A DNA stretch of 61,967 bases, counting the filler, from a candidate division WOR-3 bacterium (lineage in GTDB: Bacteria; SDB-A): the NCBI GenBank assembly GCA_016934535.1. It is 5 parts of 5 records of this genome, joined end to end, with 100 filler letters (N's around TTAATTAATTAA, not from the genome) between each part and the next. Parts side by side here need not be neighbours in the genome. Positions count along the whole stretch, not along the records: positions 15,838 to 34,567 come from JAFGSQ010000069.1; positions 34,668 to 60,336 come from JAFGSQ010000071.1; 3 more parts are not named here. One strand, given 5' to 3'. Positions 29,857 to 38,811 of this stretch are shown here, in pieces. Each line of letters begins with the position of its first letter. Position 1 is the first letter of the stretch. The notes beneath the pieces are model-generated. The model worked only from the letters and a program-made list of their open reading frames with translations, did no database searches and was not told where the DNA came from. Position numbers and translations under genes: made by a program.

Positions 29857-30266
29857 ATTTAATCGTTTTTTTATTGATAGTAAACGTAACGGGAGATTTT
29901 CAGCCTTCTCCTGCCAGAGCAATATTCTCTTCAGTTTTAATTCCTGGAGGAGGGCAGTTTTATACAGGTAGAACAACGAGAGGAATAATAATAGGAACGA
30001 TAGAAGGTTTAATGTTATCTTCCACCGTCTATAATCATTTCAAATACAAACATTATTTGAATGAATTTGAGAGAACAGGAAACATTGAAGACAGTCTAAG
30101 ATATAGAGGTTTTTACGACATGAGAAACAATATGTTGTGGTGGGATGCCTTTGTTATTGCTGTTTCTGCGGTTGACGCTTATGTTGGCGCCAAGATGTAT
30201 GCTTATTACGAACACCAGGAAAATGGCGACGGAAGAATAAATATTGGATGGGTTTTAAATTGGTAA
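29853..30266 (+). CDS. DUF5683-like membrane protein
   Basis: SPARAIFSSVLIPGGGQFY, SAVDAYVGA. Confidence 0.65.
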   Translation: MNLIVFLLIVNVTGDFQPSPARAIFSSVLIPGGGQFYTGRTTRGIIIGTIEGLMLSSTVYNHFKYKHYLNEFERTGNIEDSLRYRGFYDMRNNMLWWDAFVIAVSAVDAYVGAKMYAYYEHQENGDGRINIGWVLNW

Positions 30267-30862
30267 ATGTTTCACGTGAAACATTTATAGATCAATTTAA
30301 TGTAAATTTGGAAAAAATTGATAAACTGCTTTTGTTTGAGAAATTATTAATAGAAACGCTTTCAACACATCAGATAATATCGAGAAAAGATGAAAAAAAG
30401 ATTTGGAACAGACATATCCTCGATAGTTTAATGATGATGTTTCACGTGAAACATTACAATATTGATGTAATAGACGATGTCGGATCGGGAGGGGGTTTTC
30501 CTGGCCTGGTTCTGGCCGTGGTTATAGATGAATTAAAAGTCAGACTTGTCGAAAGAAAAATAAAAAAGTGTAATTTTCTCGCTCAGGTAATAAAAAAACT
30601 TGGATTAAAGAATGTTGATATAATTTGTCGTGATTCATTCGAAAAAAAAATATTTTCAGACTTCTTAGTTACCAGGGCCGTTTTCGGTGAAAAAGCCAGC
30701 GGAAATATTTATAAACTGATTTCGGATAAAGGAATTTTTTTTAACTATCAGAACGAACTATATCCTATAAGTAAATTAAAGATAATAAATAAACTGGATT
30801 ACGTTTTACCTGGTGAAGAAAAAAAGAGATATTTAGTGGCGTACAGAAAATCCTTATTATGA
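30248..30862 (+). CDS. rsmG: 16S rRNA m7G527 methyltransferase (GidB)
   Basis: RHILDS, DVGSGGGFPG, VERKIKKCNFL, VTRA; start uncertain. Confidence 0.88.
   Translation: MGFKLVNVSRETFIDQFNVNLEKIDKLLLFEKLLIETLSTHQIISRKDEKKIWNRHILDSLMMMFHVKHYNIDVIDDVGSGGGFPGLVLAVVIDELKVRLVERKIKKCNFLAQVIKKLGLKNVDIICRDSFEKKIFSDFLVTRAVFGEKASGNIYKLISDKGIFFNYQNELYPISKLKIINKLDYVLPGEEKKRYLVAYRKSLL
30268..30283. promoter_or_regulatory. parS site
   Basis: TGTTTCACGTGAAACA exact canonical parS; palindrome extends to 24 bp (30264-30287). Confidence 0.92.
30438..30453. promoter_or_regulatory. parS site
   Basis: TGTTTCACGTGAAACA exact canonical parS. Confidence 0.92.
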
Positions 30863-31770
30863 AAACGCACACTACAAGAAGTGTATTTTTAGCTTTTATC
30901 GCTATGACACTCTGGTCAACAGTAGCAACGGCTTTTTCTATTGCTCTTAAAAATACCGATTTTTATGAAGTTCTGTTTATTTCAATTAATACATCGACGG
31001 TTGTTTTATTTGCAGCTGTTTTAGTCACCGGGAAATTAAAAAAGATTTTCAACTTGAAAAGTATTTATAAATCTTCTATATATGGGATATTGAATCCATT
31101 TATATACTACATAGTTTTGTTCAAGGCTTATTCGCTTTTAAAAATTCAAGTTGCACAAGGATTGAATTACACATGGCCGATAGTATTGTCTGTGCTGTCA
31201 TTATTTTTTTTAAAACAAAATATGAAGATTAAGGATTTTATTGCTCTTTTTTTAAGTTTCACCGGAGCTCTAATACTTATTTTTGGAACCGGACAAGAGT
31301 CACTTGGTCAAAACAACTTTATCGGAGTGTGTCTGGGAATATTAAGCTCGTTGATATGGTCTTTTTTTTGGATTTTCAATATTAAAGACAAACGTGACGA
31401 TGTTGTAAAAATGTTCCTTAATTTCTTGTTTGGATCTATTTATGTAACGATTTTATTTTTTATAACGCGCGGAACATTTGTTTCATTAAATACGGGTTTC
31501 TATTCTTCTGTTTACATTGGTCTTTTTGAGATGAGTTTGACTTTCATTATATGGATTTTCGCATTGAAAAACTCCGATAAAACATCACGGGTCAGCAATA
31601 TAATTTATCTAACTCCATTTCTTTCACTTGTGTTTATTCATTTTATCGGGCAGGAAAAAATTAAACTGACAACTGTTGTTGGTTTGATTATAATACTTAT
31701 CGGAATATTTATACAGAATCTGGATAAAAAAAAGTGCTTTAAACTGCAAAAATCAGGTGCAGTTTTGTGA
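30859..31770 (+). CDS. DMT/EamA-family transporter
   Basis: About 10 TM segments in two repeats; LWSTVATAF, LNYTWP, IYLTPF. Confidence 0.85.
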   Translation: MKTHTTRSVFLAFIAMTLWSTVATAFSIALKNTDFYEVLFISINTSTVVLFAAVLVTGKLKKIFNLKSIYKSSIYGILNPFIYYIVLFKAYSLLKIQVAQGLNYTWPIVLSVLSLFFLKQNMKIKDFIALFLSFTGALILIFGTGQESLGQNNFIGVCLGILSSLIWSFFWIFNIKDKRDDVVKMFLNFLFGSIYVTILFFITRGTFVSLNTGFYSSVYIGLFEMSLTFIIWIFALKNSDKTSRVSNIIYLTPFLSLVFIHFIGQEKIKLTTVVGLIIILIGIFIQNLDKKKCFKLQKSGAVL

Positions 31771-31779
31771 GAGAGAGAC

Positions 31780-32616
31780 TTGAAAATGCTTTTAAATTCT
31801 TTCTGTCATCTCGACGGGATAAATTTGAAAAGGGAAGAAAAAATCTGGGACAACGGAATCAAGAATTGGGAAGAAGCTTTATCGGCAGAATTTCTCTGTG
31901 ACTCCTCAAAAAACGACCTCCTTGAATTTAGAAAAGGGATTGAACTCTCGTATCAAAAATTAGAAGAAAAAGCCACGGATTATTTTTTTGATAAAATTCC
32001 TCGCGATCAACACTGGAGGTTTTTCAGAGAATTTAAGGACGAGATGGCTTATCTGGACATAGAAACTACAGGATTGACAAGGTTTGATTCTGTGACAGTT
32101 GTTTCTATATATCACAAAGGGAAACTCGGAATCTATGTAAAGGGTATAAATTTCGATAAACTTCTCACGGACATCACAATTCCTAGAATATTTGTTACTT
32201 ACAACGGGAACAAATTCGATTTGCCTTTTCTGGAGAATTATTTTGGAATAAAAATATTTCAAAACAGAATAGACTTGAGATACGTCCTGTCAAATTTGGG
32301 ATACAGAGGCGGTTTAAAGAAATGCGAAAAAATGCTAGGAATTAGTAGAGAAGGAATGAAGAATATAGACGGCAATGTTGCCGTCATGCTTTGGGAAGAT
32401 TATAAACACAACAAAAACATAAAAGCGTTGAAAACTCTAATCGCCTACAACGTATCAGATACTGTAAATCTCGAGAAACTATCTGCAATTGCATATAACG
32501 AAAATGTAAAAAGAACCAAACGTAATTTTGGTTTTTTAGAAATGACGGAAAAAAAATCAGTACCTTTCTTTCCGAATCCAACTACTGTAAAAAAGCTATT
32601 ACAAAATCTAAAATGA
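31780..32616 (+). CDS. RNase H-like (YprB-type) exonuclease
   Basis: YLDIETTGL, TYNGNKFDLPFL, GGLKKCEKMLG, YNVSD. Confidence 0.85.
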   Translation: MKMLLNSFCHLDGINLKREEKIWDNGIKNWEEALSAEFLCDSSKNDLLEFRKGIELSYQKLEEKATDYFFDKIPRDQHWRFFREFKDEMAYLDIETTGLTRFDSVTVVSIYHKGKLGIYVKGINFDKLLTDITIPRIFVTYNGNKFDLPFLENYFGIKIFQNRIDLRYVLSNLGYRGGLKKCEKMLGISREGMKNIDGNVAVMLWEDYKHNKNIKALKTLIAYNVSDTVNLEKLSAIAYNENVKRTKRNFGFLEMTEKKSVPFFPNPTTVKKLLQNLK

Positions 32617-32617
32617 T

Positions 32618-34567
32618 TTGAAACGCCTAATACCGCCATTTATTTCACAAAAATATGTTGAAAAAATTTTCTCAGGAAATCTTTCTGGTACTGTTTTGTC
32701 CGTAGACATCACAGGCTTTACCTCAATGACAGAAAAACTTATGGAAAGAGGCAGCGAAGGAGCTGAAATTCTGTCTTATATTTTAGATGAAGTGTTTGAT
32801 AACATCGTTGAATCAGTATATAAAATGGATGGTTTTGTGTCTTCTTTTGCGGGAGATGCCTGTAATGCTATTTTTTTTGGGGATCAAAGCATTGAAAATG
32901 CTTGTATTGCCGCATTGAGGATCAGAGATTTTTCTAAAAACAAGAATAATTATGAAACTAAATTCGGTATATATAACGTCACTTTAAAAATTGGACTTTC
33001 ATACGGGAATATTGAATGGGAAATATTAGATGCAGGAAAAAGCAAGACTTATTATTTTACAGGAGAAGCGATTCGAAATTGCTATGATTCACAGAAAAAA
33101 AGCAAAACAGGAGATATAGTTCTCGATAAACGTGTATATTTATTTTTAAAAAACTTGTATCTAAATCTCAAAAATGTACATTTAATTGAAATTGATAAAG
33201 ATTTTTATATATTGGATGAATGTAATTTTTGTTTTTTAGATGAAAATATTACAAAAGAAAAGAAGATAAAAATAGATAGCTCACATGATTTTATTCCCGA
33301 AAAGGCATCAGAAAAATATCACAGGGGAGAATTCAGAGAAGTGCTTCCAGTATTCCTGCTTTTTTCAGATTTTTCTTACAAGAACGAACTGAACAACTTC
33401 ATTAAATTTATTCTCAACAAAGCGGATCTATTTGGAGGATTTTTTAGCGGTTTGGATTTCGGAGATAAAGGAAACACTGCACTTATAATTTTTGGAGCTC
33501 CCGTGATGCTTGACAACGTCTGGAACAGAGCAGTTTTATTTTCCAGGTCGCTTATAGAACTATATGGTGAAAAAGTGAAGATCGGGATTTCTTACGGCAC
33601 GGCATTTTCAGGAATAGTTGGATCTGAACTTCAAAGTACATACACTTGCCTCGGAGATGAAATAAATCTCGCACAAAGAATTTCCATGACAGGCATGGTC
33701 GGGCAGATAATTGTCACAGAAAAAGTAATGAAAAAAACACATAAATATTTTAATTACAGTGACTTAGGTGACGTGAGAGTTAAAGGAAAAGAATCAAACA
33801 CACACATTTTTTTATTTTCAAAAATTAAAAAAGAAAGGTGGAACATTGATTCAACAAAACCTCTGGTTGGAAGAGATATAGAACTGGATAATATTAAAAA
33901 AAATGTAGAAAAGATATTTGCAAGTGGTTGGGCTGGAGTTATTTATGTTTCAGGAGGATTTGGCGTTGGAAAAACGAGACTTGTAGCTGATTTCGTAAAA
34001 AAAATCGAAGGCGATGTTGAAGTTTATTTATTTAAACCGGACCAAGTGATAAAGAAAAATTTAGGCGTTCTGGAATTATTTTTTAAAGATTTTTTTAAAA
34101 TTGACGACAGGGACTCAGAAAGAGAAAAGAAAGAACAGTACATCAAAATTTATAAAAGTTACATTGATGAAAATTCTCGAAACGACGAAAAAGAATTGTC
34201 AAGAATCAGTTCAATCATAGGATCTGTAATAGATATTTATTGGGAAAATTCTATCTTTGATAAAATTGAGTCTGGAGAAAAAGTAGAAACAGTCAAAAAT
34301 GCATGTGCTTCTTTTATCAAAAGCAGTAAACTGCCAACTCTTTGCGTTCTTGAAGATTATGATAGCTTTGACACGTCGTCGCTCGATGTTTTCGATTTGA
34401 TTGTGAAATCTTCGGAAAAAAAAGAAATAGTAATTTTAGCGCTGACAAGAAAAGAAACAGATTACAGAAGGTTTGTTACAGGTGAAAATTGTTTTATAAA
34501 CGAAATGACAATTAATCCCCTTGAAGACTTTCAAGTAAAAGAATTAATAGAAAATAATTTCGGTGCA
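32618..34567 (+). CDS. Class III adenylate/guanylate cyclase with tandem cyclase domains and AAA/STAND ATPase, truncated by contig end
   Basis: VDITGFT, FAGDA, GDKG, LGDEINLAQR, LVGRDIEL, Walker A GGFGVGKT. Confidence 0.85.
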
Positions 34568-34667
34568 NNNNNNNNNNNNNNNNNNNNNNNNNNNNNNNNN
34601 NNNNNNNNNNNTTAATTAATTAANNNNNNNNNNNNNNNNNNNNNNNNNNNNNNNNNNNNNNNNNNNN
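34568..34667. other. Artificial contig linker
   Basis: N44-TTAATTAATTAA-N44. Confidence 0.97.
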
Positions 34668-34754
34668 AGGGCAGGAATCGAACCTGCCACGGACGGTTTT
34701 ATCCGGCCGCTACTGGTTTTGAAGACCAGCTGGACCACCAGATCCTTCCTCTCC
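34668..34754 (-). tRNA. selC: tRNA-Sec(TCA), last few 3' nucleotides cut by contig end
   Basis: GGAGAGG-AA-GGATC-TGGT-GGTCC-A-GCTGGT-CTTCAAA-ACCAGT, long variable arm, GCAGG-TTCGATT-CCTGC-CCT; TCA anticodon, 4-nt D loop, 6-bp anticodon stem. Confidence 0.92.
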
Positions 34755-34763
34755 GAATCAAAA

Positions 34764-34848
34764 ATTATCAATTCAAGCACACAGGTTTGTCAACACATAA
34801 TTGAACAATCTGCCGTATCTTGACTTTGTTTTGCAGCGCAAATATCAT
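34764..34848. promoter_or_regulatory. Back-to-back sigma70-type promoters for selC and the TGA-containing gene
   Basis: Minus strand TTGACA-18-GATAAT (34793-34764); plus strand TTGACT-17-TATCAT (34820-34848). Confidence 0.5.
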
Positions 34849-34874
34849 TTAATATATTTTTCCAGGGAGGCAAC

Positions 34875-36062
34875 ATGTTTTCTTTCATTCTCTGTGCAAT
34901 CATATCTGCCAGCGCGGTCTCTATGCCCGGCGGAAGGATTTACCAAACCTTTGAAAGGTCTGTTCACAACAACAACAATCTCTGGACGGCTCTCGACAGA
35001 CCCGGCGGCGACGTAGGCAGCGTTTCCGGTCCTTCGATGCAGTTTCCCGGAGGCACCGGAATAAACACCCTCTTTCAGGGATGTCAGGCGATAGGTTTTT
35101 CAAGCGGCGCTAATCCTGTAGTCGTCGCCACCCAGCTGTGTTGAGGCGGTCTGACCGAATGGTCAGTGTCCCACAGTTCGTGGGCTTGGATTGACGACTC
35201 TCTCTACAAAAGCTTTTACAGCATGACAGACGTTTATCACGGGACTCAGATATACGTCGAAAGAACAGGTTTTTCATGGTCTCAGGACACAAACGGAGAT
35301 TTCATAGTTTTCGTGAATAAATTTATAAACACATCGCGCGCATCTTATGACAGCGTTTATACGGGATTCTGGTACGACTTCGACATTCCTTCGTCAGCTT
35401 ACAGCGACGACATGGCAGGATATATTTCGGCGGTAAACCTTTGTTACATGTATGACAGCGGCAGTTACACACAGAAGGTCGGAATATGTTTTTTGGAACC
35501 GTCGGGTGCGCACGGAGCTCACTGGTATAATTACGCGACAACTCCGGGAGACGACAACTCTTATTATGCCGCTCTTGGAGACGTGAGCGTTTCCGCATCT
35601 TGGCCGACGACGCCGGCTGATTACAAGATTATGATAAACTGCGGTCCGTACTCCTTCGGTCCGGAAGACACCATAACGATAGCTTACGGTGTAGTCGCGG
35701 GAAACGACGAGAGCGAATTGACTTTAGCCGCGACGAGAATGATTCAACTTTATGACAGCCTCAGCCTGTCAGTCGAAGAGGATCCGATCGCCCAAATACC
35801 CGAGTCATATGAACTTTCGCTGACCGTCGGATTCTTCAACGGAAGAATTTCTGCCGTTTTAAAAATACCTTGTGACGATTGCGTCGAAATAAGCGTTTTT
35901 GACGTTCACGGCAGGGAGGTTCTCGGCGCCTCAAGATTCAACGCCACTCATGGCGAAAACACTTTCTTACTCGACGCAGACAGTTTGAGCAACGGATTAT
36001 ATTTCATCAGGGTATCGTCGGCGTCTGTATGTGCCGTGGGTAAAGTCAGTGTCATAAGATAA
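34875..36062 (+). CDS. Putative secreted selenoprotein, 395 aa, Sec at codon 90, T9SS-like C-terminal domain
   Basis: ORFs 34875-35144 and 35166-36062 share a frame and are separated by one TGA (35142-35144): VATQLC*GGLTEWSV; GGGAGG RBS and signal peptide upstream; C-terminal VFDVHGR...LSNGLYFIRV...KVSVIR. Confidence 0.72.
35145..35170 (+). promoter_or_regulatory. Candidate bacterial SECIS hairpin
   Basis: GGCG-gt-CTGACC-GAAT-GGTCAG-TGTC directly 3' of the TGA; loop begins with G. Confidence 0.6.
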
Positions 36063-36108
36063 ATATTGCTGGTTCTGCCGTTCTGAAAAATCATGCAGTG
36101 AAAGGAAA

Positions 36109-36705
36109 CTAACATATAAATCCTTCTTCTTCTGCGTTTTCAATCAATTTTTTTGCGTATTCCCACAAAGATTCCGATCCTTCTGCGATGTGTCTGTTCG
36201 CTTCGATTACCTGTTCAAGTTTTATTCCGTGTTTTTTCCACGCTTTTCCGCCTGTCGCGTGATTCTGCATGATAGGTTCGAGTCTGTCTATAGCCGCGGC
36301 GAATCTGGCTTCGGGAGTTTTCTTTTCCTCGAATTCTTTCCAAAGATAAGTAAATTCCGTCCTCAGTTCCTTTGGCAAAAGACCGAAAATCCTGTCGGCC
36401 GCTTTCTTTTCTTTTTCCAGTTTCTCTTCTTTTCTATCCGTGTACAAAATGAAATCACCTGCGTCAATCTCCACCAAGTCGTGAATGAGGACCATTTTTA
36501 TTACTTTTATGATGTCTACCCGTTCGTTGGAATAGTCCTCAAGAACAATCGCCATAATCGCCAGATGCCATGAGTGTTCGGCGTCGTTTTCGTTTCTCGT
36601 GCCGTCAAACAGGTATGTGTGCCGGAAAACTGATTTCAGCTTGTCGACTTCCTTTATGAAATCTATTCTCTGATCAAATGAGCGGTTTTTCTTATTAGTC
36701 CGCAT
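36109..36705 (-). CDS. HD-domain phosphohydrolase (YfbR/HDDC2-like)
   Basis: ENDAEHSWH, LIHDLVEIDAGD, AIDRLEP. Confidence 0.88.
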   Translation of the reverse strand: MRTNKKNRSFDQRIDFIKEVDKLKSVFRHTYLFDGTRNENDAEHSWHLAIMAIVLEDYSNERVDIIKVIKMVLIHDLVEIDAGDFILYTDRKEEKLEKEKKAADRIFGLLPKELRTEFTYLWKEFEEKKTPEARFAAAIDRLEPIMQNHATGGKAWKKHGIKLEQVIEANRHIAEGSESLWEYAKKLIENAEEEGFIC

Positions 36706-36730
36706 AAGATGTAACTGCCTGGACCGGCTT

Positions 36731-37672
36731 TCAGTCCTCGCGGTTCAGCATCCTCTTATTCAGCTTATCGAAAAATTCTTCGTGCAGAGGTGTTTTCAAA
36801 CCCAATTTTTTTCCTTCCTCGACAACGTATCCCGCAAGAACGTCTATTTCCGTGTTTTTTCCTGCCTTGAAATCTCTCTGAAAAGAAGTCTTTGTTTCCC
36901 TTGAAAAAGTCAGTATCCTGCTTAAATTTTCCTGTACGTCTTTCTCTCCCAAAGGCACTCCTTTAGCGTTGGCAAGCTCGACTATTTCCTCCATCATAGA
37001 AACAAACTTCCGGTTTTTTTCGCCGTCTTCCGCTATCTCCCCCGCCGTACAGTTGTAAAAAGAAGAAAGAGTGGAAAACGGGCACAAAATGAGGAACTTT
37101 TCCCATTCCTTCCTCTTTATGTCCCTGTCAAAAAAAGCCTTTATTCTCGCGTTTTTAAGGACATCGAGCAATTCTCTGTGCCTGTTTTCATCCGATCCCT
37201 CGGAACCAAAGAATAACTTCCCGGCAGAACCTGTCTGTTTCACTACGCCCGGATAAAGAACTTCCGAACTGACATAAACACATCCTCCGAGGACTTCGGC
37301 GTAAGGGAAACTCGTCTTTATTTTTTCCTCCGTACCGATTCCATTCAAAAGCGATATCAGAACTGTGTTTTGAGCGACGTTACTTTTCAGAAGTTTCAGA
37401 ACTTCATCTAGCTGGTAACTCTTTACGCATAAAAATACGTGCGTAAAAATCCCGAGATCCGAGGGATCGTCAGTCACCATGTCGGGAAACGTGACATACT
37501 TGTTTTGTTCAGTGAGGAGCGTGATGCCGTTTTTTTTGAGAACCATGAGCCCCTCGCCTCTCTGTATGAAAATCACGTGATAGGATTTTATCGGATCTCT
37601 GAAATGGCAGAGTCTCGCCCCGAGATAACCTCCTACTCCTCCGACACCGACTATAGCTATTCTCATTTTCAT
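36731..37672 (-). CDS. panE: 2-dehydropantoate 2-reductase
   Basis: GVGGVGG, CVKSY, LLNG, WEKF, TSFQRD, TEID. Confidence 0.85.
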   Translation of the reverse strand: MKMRIAIVGVGGVGGYLGARLCHFRDPIKSYHVIFIQRGEGLMVLKKNGITLLTEQNKYVTFPDMVTDDPSDLGIFTHVFLCVKSYQLDEVLKLLKSNVAQNTVLISLLNGIGTEEKIKTSFPYAEVLGGCVYVSSEVLYPGVVKQTGSAGKLFFGSEGSDENRHRELLDVLKNARIKAFFDRDIKRKEWEKFLILCPFSTLSSFYNCTAGEIAEDGEKNRKFVSMMEEIVELANAKGVPLGEKDVQENLSRILTFSRETKTSFQRDFKAGKNTEIDVLAGYVVEEGKKLGLKTPLHEEFFDKLNKRMLNRED

Positions 37673-38001
37673 TCATTTTCAGTATAAGCTTATTGGATAA
37701 AAATTAAAATAAAAAATTCTCAATTCGGTTTTTTATGGATTTGTATTATCCGGCACTGTTATACAGTAAGTTAATTTAAAAACGGCGATTAATTTATCGA
37801 GACATGCAGTATAGAATTTTTATTATTTCAAATTTCATGATATTCCAAAACAATAAAAAATAAAATTATTTATTTTCTGAATATAAATACCGTTTATTTT
37901 TCGTTCACAACAGACTTTTATGTACATATAAATTCAATCAATTTATAATGATTTCATTTGAAAATTTAGCGTTACAATCTAATTCGTAAAATGGAGGCGC
38001 C

Positions 38002-38811
38002 ATGGATTATTCAGAAATTATAGCCAGAGACATAAATGTATTGAGACAGAATAGACCTCTGATCCACCACATGACTAATTTCGTCGTCATGAACCAGACG
38101 GCAAATCTAACTCTGGCCATAGGCGGTCAGCCTGTCATGTCTCACGCCATCGAGGAAGTCGAAGAAATGGTGTCTTATGCAGGATGCCTTCTTCTCAACA
38201 TTGGAACGCTTGTGCCCGAACTTATAGACTCGATGATCACAGCGGGTAGAAAAGCGAATAAACTTGGTGTACCCGTTGTCTTTGACCCCGTCGGAGCCGG
38301 AGCGACAAAGCTCAGAACCGATTCTGCGAAGAGGATACTTTCTGAGGTTAAAGTTTCAATAATAAGGGCTAATCTCGCCGAAACACTGACTTGCGCGGGA
38401 ATAAAGGCCGAAATAGTCGGCGTCGATTCCAGGGAATCGGATGAAACTGCTCTCGAAAAAATCAAAACAGCTTCAAAAATACTCGGCACCGTAATCGCAG
38501 TCACCGGCGTCAAAGACGTAATTACCGATTCAAAACAGACGGCTATCTGCTCCAACGGCAATGAAATTATGGGCAAAGTGACCGGAACCGGTTGTTCGTC
38601 TTCGACTTCTGTTGCCTGCTTCGCGTCGGTTGAAAAGGATCCTTTCATCGCGGCCGTTTGCGGAGTGTGTTTCTACTCGCTCATGGGCGAACTTGCCGCT
38701 GAAAAATCAGACGGGCCTGCTTCTTTCGAGATATCACTGAGAGACAGGATATATTCAGCAACTGAAGAAGAAATCTCACGGCGTCTTAAGCTGGAGATTA
38801 TCACCGGTTGA
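38002..38811 (+). CDS. thiM: Hydroxyethylthiazole kinase
   Basis: PLIHHMTNFVV, NIGTL, FDPVGAGAT, VTGTGC. Confidence 0.93.
   Translation: MDYSEIIARDINVLRQNRPLIHHMTNFVVMNQTANLTLAIGGQPVMSHAIEEVEEMVSYAGCLLLNIGTLVPELIDSMITAGRKANKLGVPVVFDPVGAGATKLRTDSAKRILSEVKVSIIRANLAETLTCAGIKAEIVGVDSRESDETALEKIKTASKILGTVIAVTGVKDVITDSKQTAICSNGNEIMGKVTGTGCSSSTSVACFASVEKDPFIAAVCGVCFYSLMGELAAEKSDGPASFEISLRDRIYSATEEEISRRLKLEIITG

Noticed and set aside
35142-35144. Genome-wide UGA reassignment (Trp or Gly) as the cause of the in-frame TGA
   Set aside because: Many core genes here end at TGA at the expected length (dnaN, rfbB, thiE, rpoA), and no other conserved gene is interrupted
35166-36062. Independent 298-aa gene starting at GTG 35166
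   Set aside because: No RBS, start lies inside the hairpin, and no signal peptide despite a secretion tail; read-through or a pseudogene fits better
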